A stretch of DNA of 64,000 nucleotides from an uncultured virus (IMG/VR IMGVR_UViG_3300036793_000098) (lineage: Duplodnaviria > Heunggongvirae > Uroviricota > Caudoviricetes): the IMG/VR virus record IMGVR_UViG_3300036793_000098; one strand, written 5' to 3'. This document shows, piece after piece, positions 19,058-26,820 of this stretch (within the stretch, counting starts at the first letter, position 1; every line of letters starts with the position of its first letter). The notes below the pieces were generated by a model, which did not search any database, was not told the DNA's origin, and saw only the letters and a list, made by a program, of their open reading frames with translations. Position numbers and translations under genes: made by a program.

Positions 19058-19882
19058 TCATGCCGCGCTCCCTGGGTCGTCGTCGTCCAACATGGCGCAA
19101 CCGCAGGCGCCCCAGTCGTTGTCATCGGCTGGCGCCGACTCGGCGTCCCGACCCGCACGGAACACTCGCAGCGGGAGCGGCCTGCGCGGCCCACCACCCC
19201 GGCGGTCGGTCAGGATCGACACATCCCGGCCGAGCATTGTGCGGGTCTTCTCCTCCTCGGCTTCCCACTCCAAGAAGCGGGAGCGGTTCGTACGCAGCAG
19301 TAGCCCCCAGGCCGCGTGACCGCCACGCACGCACGCACCTCCGCAGTTCGCGTGCGGGAAGCCCTGGGCGTACAGCCTCGGTGGCTCGATGCCTCGTTCC
19401 CGGAAGCCGTCGAGGATCGCGTCCTTCCACAGCAGGGGCGGATCCATCATCGGGGCGATGACTGTCCACGGCGCCCAGTGCGGCTTGGCTTTCTCGATCC
19501 GGTGCGGCTCGGTCCAGTCGTAGCCGAGCACGATCACCGACGATTCGGGCGCGTAGTGCTGGTCGATGTGCTTTCGCAGCAACTGGCGCTTAAGGATCTT
19601 TGAGCACACCGCCATCCGGTCACTCGGCACTACCCGCTCGTCCCGGCCGACCTCCATGGGGGTACGACCGTCGGCGATCACGTCCCAGCGTGGTGAGCCG
19701 AGAGCCGCCACGACTTCGCGGGCGAACCGCCAGTTGTCCTTGTCCTCGACCAGTGTGTCGGCCGTGAGTAGGTGCACCTGATCGACGCCGTGCTTCTCGA
19801 CCATGCGCCAGGCGACCTCGGCCGAACCGGCACCTGTGCTGAACTGGACCACATAAATCGGCACTGCGGCTTGGGTAGTCAT
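19058..19882 (-). CDS. PAPS-reductase-like (adenine nucleotide alpha hydrolase) protein
   Basis: QFSTGAGS PP-loop-like motif, CSKILK, GYDWTE, GFPHANCGGAC, C-terminal CGC. Confidence 0.7.
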   Translation of the reverse strand: MTTQAAVPIYVVQFSTGAGSAEVAWRMVEKHGVDQVHLLTADTLVEDKDNWRFAREVVAALGSPRWDVIADGRTPMEVGRDERVVPSDRMAVCSKILKRQLLRKHIDQHYAPESSVIVLGYDWTEPHRIEKAKPHWAPWTVIAPMMDPPLLWKDAILDGFRERGIEPPRLYAQGFPHANCGGACVRGGHAAWGLLLRTNRSRFLEWEAEEEKTRTMLGRDVSILTDRRGGGPRRPLPLRVFRAGRDAESAPADDNDWGACGCAMLDDDDPGSAA

Positions 19883-20413
19883 GCCGGCACCGCCTCAGTG
19901 GTCAGGTGCGCCCAGCAGAACCGGCAGGTGCGTCCGAGCAGGTAGCCCGACGACAGCGGCAGTACCTCGTCGCTCGACTCGATGTGCAGGCCGCACGCGA
20001 CCACGTAGCAGGACTCCTGCGCCGACAGCTGGATGACGTAGCGGACCCGGTGGATCGACTGCCAGCCCGCGTTCGTGTCCTTGATGGCGAGTTCGCTGCC
20101 CGGGTGCACCGCCACCACGTGGTGAGCCACCTCCGGGGCGGTCACTTGGTCACCTCGGCGTCCTCGGCCGTGTGCTGCTGCCGCAACAGGTCCAGCAACT
20201 CCGGCGTGGCCAGACACTCCTGAGCCAGCTCCCATCCCACCTGCGGATGAGTCGCGTACCGGTCCCAGGTGCGGTCCAGGAACGTGACCAGACGGTCACG
20301 TCCACGCTTACGGGCCGGCGTGGGCGCGTTGTCCGCTACGCCGAGCAGTCGCTCGGAGGGGGTCTTCTGCGTGGTAGCCGTGGGCTTGGGTCGCGGCCGG
20401 GGCGAGGGGCGGT

Positions 20414-20605
20414 TCATGCGTGCACCTGGGCCCGGTGCTTGCCGCCGGCGGTTACCGCCGAACGAGCAACGAGAGTGGTGTGGCCGGTGCCTATGGAGCC
20501 GCCGGTGCGCGAGCGGGTTGCCCTGTGGTGACCGTGTGACACCATCTGGGCGATTTGGGTCACCAACCGTAGAACTTTCGGTGACTGGGCCGTTACGGTG
20601 GTCAT
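20414..20605 (-). CDS. Small hypothetical protein
   Basis: ATG with upstream GGAAGG/GGAG; ATGA overlap with the next ORF. Confidence 0.45.
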   Translation of the reverse strand: MTTVTAQSPKVLRLVTQIAQMVSHGHHRATRSRTGGSIGTGHTTLVARSAVTAGGKHRAQVHA

Positions 20606-20708
20606 TAGCGGGCTCCGTACCTTCCGAGGTTGTGTGTTCGTTACCGAGGATCGAAGGCGCCGTTTCTGCTGCCAGGCGGACGGCGCCTTCTTCGTGCGTT
20701 TCCTTGAC

Positions 20709-21896
20709 TTACGTAGGGCCTCCGTCGGCGCCAAGCGGCTGGGTATCGGCAGCCTCATGGCCGACGGAGGAGTTAGAGACCCCAGCGACGGGGCGACCAT
20801 GGGTACCGCCAACGGCCTGGTCGCTGGGGAGTTCATGTAGGCGCTTTGCCTCGCGCCAGAGGTCACGCAGAACTTCCTTACACACGGCCCGCAGCGCCCG
20901 ACCGTGCTGATGGCCCAGTGACAGCCCGCTACCGGGCTGAGCCGGCTTGCCAGACGGGCCGCACCGCTTGCACTCAGTGGCGTGCACCGCGCCGTCGTAC
21001 TTCTCCCGCGCCGCGTCGTACACCTCGCGGTACGGGCCGCCGGCCTTGACGATGGACTTCGCTACCAGGTGTGCGCGCTTCTTGGCATCGTCGGACCAGT
21101 TCGACTTGACGCCACGTTGCCGAACCTGCCGGGCGGCGTCCCCGTATCCGCAGTAGGACCAGAGCTCGGACACCAGGCGTGGACGTTCGTGCAGGTCGTT
21201 CCAGTACGGGTCACCGATCGTGGCCAGTAGCCGGGCCGCTTGCTTCTCTCCTACCCCGTGCGCCTGCTTCACCCAGGGTCCGAGCGGGTGCTTGCGCAGC
21301 TGACGCTTCAGGTTGAGTTCGGCCTGGTGCTCGGCGTCTGCGAGTGCCTTGACCAGCGCGGCCAGTCGGGCAACGTCCGGGTGGTCCTCCGTCAGGCCGA
21401 ACCCGCGCTCTTCGCCGTCCGAGTCTTCCTCGGTTCGGGTCAGCTGACGCAGCCGGTTCTCGTTGGCGATCCGGACTCGCTCCAGGTCGTCGAGCACGTC
21501 GGCGGCCAGGGCGAGGAAGGGATCCGCCAGCACCGGCGCCGTGTCACTGGTTGCCGGTGGCAGATTGGCCGGTGCTGGCGGAGTTGGGGCGTCACCGACG
21601 CGCCCTGAATGGGCATCGATCCTTTGCTGGTCGATGACGCTGCTTGAGATCCCCGACGGCGCGAATCCGTTGAGCGCTGCGCGTCCTATGGCCGCCGGGG
21701 AAGTAAGAGCCTCGTCGACGTTCATTGCATGGGTGCAGGTACCCCTTTGGTCGACGAGGAGATGGGGGCCAGTAGCAACGGCGGAATCATGGTTGTCGCC
21801 TACTACCTGGTTGCTACTGGCTGCTTGGGCCGCACCGACGGCCTTCAGATGGGTGTCGCCGCTGAGGTGGTCGGTGCGGGGTTCAGTGGTGGTCAC
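20709..21896 (-). CDS. tasA: IS110-Tnp/Nop-domain protein lacking RuvC (TasA-like RNA-binding effector); N- and C-terminal extensions run through guide-like units
   Basis: Coiled coil LDDLERVRIANENRL, GVGEKQAARLLATIGDP, LWSYCGY, RQRGVKSNW, YREVYD, HQHGRALRAVCKEVLRDLW; no DEDD domain; alternative start GTG at 21533. Confidence 0.72.
   Translation of the reverse strand: MTTTEPRTDHLSGDTHLKAVGAAQAASSNQVVGDNHDSAVATGPHLLVDQRGTCTHAMNVDEALTSPAAIGRAALNGFAPSGISSSVIDQQRIDAHSGRVGDAPTPPAPANLPPATSDTAPVLADPFLALAADVLDDLERVRIANENRLRQLTRTEEDSDGEERGFGLTEDHPDVARLAALVKALADAEHQAELNLKRQLRKHPLGPWVKQAHGVGEKQAARLLATIGDPYWNDLHERPRLVSELWSYCGYGDAARQVRQRGVKSNWSDDAKKRAHLVAKSIVKAGGPYREVYDAAREKYDGAVHATECKRCGPSGKPAQPGSGLSLGHQHGRALRAVCKEVLRDLWREAKRLHELPSDQAVGGTHGRPVAGVSNSSVGHEAADTQPLGADGGPT
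20719..20829 (-). ncRNA. TIGR-like stem-loop guide units (2), downstream of the Nop domain
   Basis: ccccagcga-CCA-ggccgttgg-CGGTACCCA-tggtcgccc-CG-tcgctgggg (20780-20829); cctccgtcgg-CCA-tgaggctgc-CGATACCCA-gccgcttgg-CG-ccgacggagg (20719-20770). Confidence 0.8.
21589..21879 (-). ncRNA. TIGR-like stem-loop guide array (5 units, ~60-nt period)
   Basis: Units at 21830-21879, 21768-21821, 21710-21759, 21651-21700 and 21589-21640; each is a 9-11-bp stem around CCA-N9-(CGAYACCCA-like)-N9-CG. Confidence 0.85.
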
Positions 21897-22411
21897 GCGG
21901 CATCACCCAGCGCGTCGCTCAGGATCGAGTCCGGCAGTTCGCGAACCATGGCTACGCCGTTCCTGCGGAGCAGGTCAGCGACGGTGTGCAGCCGGAAGGC
22001 CGCCTGAGCATTCTGCTGCGCGTGGGCTTCGCGTACGGACGCAGCAGCAGTCAAGTCGTCGAACGTGCAGTCTCCGAAGAACTTGTAGCTCTTCGGCCCG
22101 ACGCATATTCGTTCGCGGAGCTGGGCGGCCCACGCGGACCTAATCTCCTGGACCTTGCGGGAGCGGTTAGGCACGGAACCCCCGGCGGCGGTTCTCATAT
22201 GGGTGTCGTCAGGGCCGTGACCGCCGGGGGAGATCAGTGGTGTGCGCGTCATCATCGCCCGCACCAACGTCGGCAACGCCTGCTCGAGCGCTGCACGTAC
22301 GTGGTTCTTCCCGATTCGACTGGCGACTTCTTTGGCCAACAGCTCGGGGTCGGCGATGGTGGAGTTGTCGGCCACCTCGTGGACGAGGGCTCGCAGGTTG
22401 AAGTCGCTCAT
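21893..22411 (-). CDS. Hypothetical protein coupled to the TasA-like gene; contains one guide-like unit
   Basis: GTGA overlap with the downstream gene; KFFGDCTFDDL motif. Confidence 0.7.
   Translation of the reverse strand: MSDFNLRALVHEVADNSTIADPELLAKEVASRIGKNHVRAALEQALPTLVRAMMTRTPLISPGGHGPDDTHMRTAAGGSVPNRSRKVQEIRSAWAAQLRERICVGPKSYKFFGDCTFDDLTAAASVREAHAQQNAQAAFRLHTVADLLRRNGVAMVRELPDSILSDALGDAA
22179..22230 (-). ncRNA. Single TIGR-like stem-loop guide unit inside the upstream CDS
   Basis: cccccggcgg-TCA-cggccctga-CGACACCCA-tatgagaac-CG-ccgccggggg. Confidence 0.75.
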
Positions 22412-22617
22412 CACGCGGTCTTCCGTTCTCCGCGCACCCAGGCGGTCACGGCGTCGCGGTGGATGCGCCAGAGTCGGCCCTTGCCGCGCTGGTGACCTTC
22501 GAGCTCGCCGGTTTGCAGCGCGGCGTAGACCTCGGTGCGGCCGTATTTGGTGAGTTTCTGGACCTGGGTTGGGGTGAGCCAGACCTGTTCCAGCTCGGCG
22601 TGGTCACTGTCAGCCAT
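22411..22617 (-). CDS. Excisionase/Cro-like HTH_17 protein
   Basis: WLTPTQV..GRTEVYAALQTGELEG..LWRIHRDAVTAW; divergent from the repressor. Confidence 0.8.
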   Translation of the reverse strand: MADSDHAELEQVWLTPTQVQKLTKYGRTEVYAALQTGELEGHQRGKGRLWRIHRDAVTAWVRGERKTA

Positions 22618-22667
22618 CAAGCCCTGCCTATTTCGGACCGATTCGGGGTTCCTGAGATCCCCTTGGA

Positions 22668-22820
22668 CATGCCGAACAGTACCGAACTGTGCTGAAGAGT
22701 GTCAAGCTGTTTTGTCAAACTGTGCTGAGCGGACACTAGCACTTCGCGACAGTGATCTTGACATCGTTCGACTTAGTTCACTTGCGGTCGACATCTGTGC
22801 AGGTCAGGCTGTCCCGCATG
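22668..22820. promoter_or_regulatory. Immunity region: divergent promoters and operator repeats
   Basis: Minus strand TTGACA(22705-22700)-N18-TACTGT; AACTGTGCTGA at 22685 and 22718; plus strand TTGCGG-N17-CAGGCT-N7-ATG(22818). Confidence 0.65.
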
Positions 22821-23276
22821 GGCATGCACGGGGACCTGCTGAAAGCCGCGCGGGAACGTGCTGGGCTCACTCAGGAGGAGTTGGCCGACCTGGTCGGCGC
22901 GCACCGAGCTTCGGTCGGGAACTGGGAAAAGGGCACTCCACCACGCAACCGCCTCGGCAAGATCCGAGACGTACTCGGCCTAGATGAGCACCTGAAACCG
23001 GTCGGCTCGGCCGATGCGCAAGACTTCCAAAGTATGGACAACCGTGAATTAGTGGCACGAATGAACGTCCTGGTCTCCCAGATGAACCAGCTGGCCGCCG
23101 AGATCACCCGCCGACTGCAGCTCCAAGAGTTCGACATCGACGCGCATTCGGGCACTTCGCGGCGCAACTACACAGGGCAACCGATCAACGGAACCTATGA
23201 AATGTCTGTGGACGACGTCGAGCTAGACCCTAAAGAGCCTGGTGGGGACGTGTACGGTGACGCGTCGCCAGGATGA
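22818..23276 (+). CDS. XRE-family immunity repressor
   Basis: LKAARERAGLTQEELADLVGAHRASVGNWEKG. Confidence 0.85.
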   Translation: MGMHGDLLKAARERAGLTQEELADLVGAHRASVGNWEKGTPPRNRLGKIRDVLGLDEHLKPVGSADAQDFQSMDNRELVARMNVLVSQMNQLAAEITRRLQLQEFDIDAHSGTSRRNYTGQPINGTYEMSVDDVELDPKEPGGDVYGDASPG

Positions 23277-23393
23277 GTGTCATCAATTCTGATGAACCGT
23301 AGGCTGACTACCCGTTCAGCCTATAGTTGCGCGCTCAAATGGGTGAGAGGTTAACGCCCTGTTCACACCATCTACGGTAGGAGCATCCCCACG

Positions 23394-23720
23394 GTGCCCT
23401 CACACGCGCCCTACAAGTCGACAGCCGCCCAATGGCTCACAGAGGCAGCCATCTACCACACCGGTTACACCGTTCACATCAACGACAACATCACCGCCGA
23501 CGCGTCCGTTGATCGCGAGCGTGGATGCATCGAGATCCGCCCCGGCCTGAGTCTGCCCCGCTTCCACATCGCCCTCGGCCGCTCGGTCCTGTTCGCCGTG
23601 TTCGACCAGTCCATCGTGCCGGAGTTCCATCAGGCCGTCCGGGAGCTACCCTCCGGTGTCCTAGCCTTCCCCCCGCCCCCGCGAAGGCTCGACCAGTACG
23701 GACTACCCCTGAGCAGCTAA
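23394..23720 (+). CDS. Hypothetical protein in the ImmA/IrrE position, no HExxH
   Basis: Between repressor and integrase; RBS AGGAG. Confidence 0.55.
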   Translation: MPSHAPYKSTAAQWLTEAAIYHTGYTVHINDNITADASVDRERGCIEIRPGLSLPRFHIALGRSVLFAVFDQSIVPEFHQAVRELPSGVLAFPPPPRRLDQYGLPLSS

Positions 23721-23729
23721 GGCGACACC

Positions 23730-24974
23730 GTGGCCTGGACCGAGGAACTCCCGCCCAACAAGAACGCCGTCACCCGCCACCGCGGGTGCTACCGCAACGC
23801 CGACGGGAAGATCCGACGTCGCACGTTCGACCACAAGAAAGCCGCCCTGAAATGGGCCTACTCCGAAGAGCAGAAAGTCGCCGAAGGCTCCCGCCGAGAC
23901 CCCGCGAGAGGGCGCATGACCTGGGGGACGTGGTGCTCTATCTGGTGGCCAACGCGCCGCATGGAGTCGGGCACCGCGTCCTCGCAGGTCACCCTGCGAG
24001 ACAACTACGTGCTGCCCCGCTGGAAAGACGTGCCGATGAACAAGATCGAGCACGACGACATGCAGGTGTGGGCCAACGACCTCGCCAAGCAGCTGTCCGC
24101 GTCCTCGGTGCGGCTGTGCTACTACCAGCTGTCGGCGTCGATGCGCGCGGCGGTGCCGAAGGTGCTGGACTACACCCCGTGCTACGGCATCAAGCTGCCC
24201 ACCCTGCCGGTTGCTCCCGAGCGGTACCTGACCTTCGATGAGGTCGACGCGCTGGTCTACCGATTCGACTCCGTGTATCGACTACTGGTCGAAACCCTGC
24301 TCGAGACCGGCATGCGGATCGGCGAGGCCGTGGCGCTGCATCGACACCGTATCGACTTCGACCAGCGGACCATCGACATCGTGGAACGCTGGGACCGCTA
24401 CGGCAAACTCGTCAAGGCCTACCCCAAGGGCAAGCGCCGGCGCACCGTGCCGCTCACGGACAAACTAGCGACCCTCCTGCGCGCCTGGTTCGAGATGCAT
24501 CCGTCGACCGCCCGTAACTGCGGGGTCGAGCACGACCGGGGCTCTGTGTGCCACTCAGCCCTCGTGCACCCCTCCCCCGGCAACGGCCGAGTCATCTGTC
24601 CGCAGGATTTCTCGCTGCGCGTGTGGCGGGATGCGCTCGAGCGGGCGGAGATCGGACACGCCCGAATCCACGACCTCCGCCACACCTACGCGTCACGCAT
24701 CGTAACCAGCGGCGTGAGCCTGTCCGTGTTGCAGAAGCTGCTCGGCCACACCTCGATCAAAACGACCGAGCGCTACGCCCACCTGTTGACCGATAGCCAC
24801 GACGAAGTACGGGACGCGCTGGCCCGGCGGCCAAAGGGAGCAGATGAGGGAGCAAATAGCCTGACCCTCCTCGACACAGTCCGGCACAAAAAGATGCAGC
24901 GGAACCTGTCCCGACCAGCCAAAACGCTACGTACCAACACAGCCCGACAGCCGGCGGCACAACTCGAAACCTAA
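23730..24974 (+). CDS. int: Tyrosine integrase
   Basis: TGMRIGE, HDLRHTYAS, LLGH, TERYAH. Confidence 0.95.
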   Translation: MAWTEELPPNKNAVTRHRGCYRNADGKIRRRTFDHKKAALKWAYSEEQKVAEGSRRDPARGRMTWGTWCSIWWPTRRMESGTASSQVTLRDNYVLPRWKDVPMNKIEHDDMQVWANDLAKQLSASSVRLCYYQLSASMRAAVPKVLDYTPCYGIKLPTLPVAPERYLTFDEVDALVYRFDSVYRLLVETLLETGMRIGEAVALHRHRIDFDQRTIDIVERWDRYGKLVKAYPKGKRRRTVPLTDKLATLLRAWFEMHPSTARNCGVEHDRGSVCHSALVHPSPGNGRVICPQDFSLRVWRDALERAEIGHARIHDLRHTYASRIVTSGVSLSVLQKLLGHTSIKTTERYAHLLTDSHDEVRDALARRPKGADEGANSLTLLDTVRHKKMQRNLSRPAKTLRTNTARQPAAQLET

Positions 24975-25114
24975 TTTCCTATTAAGCATAGTTCGGGCAC
25001 TCCGGGGTTTGGTCCCTGGTTCTGGATGGCTCCTGACCTGCTGGATCTGAGTTTCCGACCTACTTGCGGAACGGCCCGCGATAGTCGCGGGGAGCAACGA
25101 GGGAGCAGGGAGCT
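24835..25114. other. Putative intact attP with arm-type repeats
   Basis: (A/G)GGGAGCA pairs at 24835/24847 and 25089/25100 flanking an AT-rich stretch near 24972-24990. Confidence 0.6.
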
Positions 25115-25614
25115 CAGGTGCGTCCAGCGATCTGGGAGCGCAGGTCATCGAGATTCCAGCGGAGACGACCGGACGGACTTGTGAAGGCTGGCGTGACGAT
25201 CCCTTTGTCTGCCCATCGTCTGAGCGTAAGTGCACAGACGCCCACCCGCCGAGCGGCGGTCGCTGTCGGTAGGGATTCCGGGTGCCAAACCACGCGCTCG
25301 CGCCGCACTGGCGGCTCGGTGGGAGGATTCGACGAGGGTTCGTACACCTGCTCGTTGAGTCGAGGTTTGTGGTCCCGGATCGCGACGCGCTCAGCGTTGA
25401 ACATCTCCGCGTACTCACGGAAGAACTCCAGGCTGTACGCGCCCACCTCGGGCCACCAGGGCCAATTGCTGTGCGTAGCAAGCCGCTGCATCGCGTTGTT
25501 CGTCCGGCCGATGTATAGCGGCTCCAAATCATGATCAAACAGATAGTAGACCACGTACGGATAATCATCGCGCGTGAGACGCGCTCCGGGTGCCGGCTCC
25601 CACATGCCTTGCAT
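25114..25614 (-). CDS. GIY-YIG nuclease fused to a MerR/BldC-like HTH
   Basis: VVYYL..LYIGRT..RL..H..AE..AI..PRLN; TAARRVGVCALTLRRWADKG..GRLRW. Confidence 0.75.
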   Translation of the reverse strand: MQGMWEPAPGARLTRDDYPYVVYYLFDHDLEPLYIGRTNNAMQRLATHSNWPWWPEVGAYSLEFFREYAEMFNAERVAIRDHKPRLNEQVYEPSSNPPTEPPVRRERVVWHPESLPTATAARRVGVCALTLRRWADKGIVTPAFTSPSGRLRWNLDDLRSQIAGRT

Positions 25615-25616
25615 CT

Positions 25617-25634
25617 TATCTCACGCATGAGATA
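25617..25634. promoter_or_regulatory. Palindromic operator between divergent genes
   Basis: TATCTCA-CGCA-TGAGATA. Confidence 0.6.
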
Positions 25635-25658
25635 GCCTCTGCCTTATGATGCCTGCTC

Positions 25659-25892
25659 ATGGCGCAGGGCGACCTCTCGGAGGTTCCGACGGAAGAGTTG
25701 GTCCGCCTCGCCAAGCGGGTAACCGAATCGCGTCGCAAACAGGAGCAAGAGGCCGAAGCGGCGACGAAACGGCAAGGTGCGGTCATCGCCGAGCTCGTCC
25801 GTCGGCCTGGTTGGACCTACGCAAAGGTCGCGGAACTCCTCGGGATCGACGACTCGACGGCGCACCGATTGGTACGTCGAGCACAGGAGTAG
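25659..25892 (+). CDS. Small HTH protein
   Basis: WTYAKVAELLGIDDSTAHRLV. Confidence 0.7.
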   Translation: MAQGDLSEVPTEELVRLAKRVTESRRKQEQEAEAATKRQGAVIAELVRRPGWTYAKVAELLGIDDSTAHRLVRRAQE

Positions 25893-26820
25893 CGCGGCGT
25901 CTTGCAGGCATCTCCGATCCAGACCGGGGAGCCGAGCAGTGACCACCATGGAGTACGAGACCTTTCACGTCGACGCGACCAACGTCCAGCCAGTCGACCG
26001 CGATCCGAAGCGCGCCCTGCGCCGCATGCGCGACCTCCTCGAACACACCGAGCTCGGTCCGCAGCTCGCCGACGAGATCCGCGAACACCACCAGTCCCTC
26101 ACCGAGGAAGAGGCCGACGCCCGCGGCATCCAGAAGCGCCGCCTGGGCAACCGCCGCCACATCGTCGGACTGTTGCTGGCCGCCCTGGACGAGTTCCACG
26201 GGATCGAGGCCGAGTGATGGGCTGGCTCACGAAGGGCCGCAGCACCGTAGGCAAGTCGCTGCCGCAGCGGCCGAACCCGAAGATCCCCACCACCGGCGGC
26301 AAGGGCCACGGCTGCACCTCGGCCAGCGAGCGCCGGAATAAGAAGCGCTGACATGTGCAGGGATGAAAACAAGCAGAAGTGTCAGACCTGCGACGGAACC
26401 GGCCTGCGATCGCGCGATCAGCGAGGGTGGTTCCCGGACGAATCACCCTGCCTGGACTGCGATGGGACCGGCAACACGCCTCCTCGGCGCGGTGAGCGCT
26501 GACATGTGCGTCGATGGGCTGGTCACGGTCTATGACAGCGACGGTGAGCGCTGGGCGTACGCGTGCGAGGGGTGCGAGCGATGCCGGCGCTGAAGCTCAA
26601 GCCGGTCCTGATGTGGGCGTGCTTCGCCGTGATGTGGCTGTGCGCCCTGGGTGTCGCCCTACAGATCGGCGAGCTCGGCCTGGGCATGTGGATGGCCAAG
26701 TGGGTGGTCATCGGGCTGACCGCGGGCGTGTCCATGCACTTCTGTCACGACATCTACATGGACGACCGCATGCCGAAGGTTCCGGTGTCATCGGATTCGT
26801 CTGACTGGGAATAGGCGGAA

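Noticed and set aside
20430..20695. Further guide units downstream
   Set aside because: Hairpins and CCA trimers are present but none fit the 3+9+9+9+2 spacing with closing CG; the region holds a small RBS-bearing ORF and a terminator-like hairpin
21589..21879. CRISPR array
   Set aside because: No identical 25-40-nt repeats and no cas genes; the conserved parts are 2-9 nt with paired 9-nt spacers
20709..21896. IS110 insertion sequence
   Set aside because: No DEDD RuvC domain or catalytic Ser motif; the gene is translationally coupled within a phage operon and flanked by multi-unit guides rather than IS ends
23394..23720. ImmA/IrrE metalloprotease antirepressor
   Set aside because: Position fits but HExxH is absent; left as hypothetical
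24975..25085. tRNA fragment as att core
   Set aside because: No T-loop/acceptor-stem pattern recognisable on either strand
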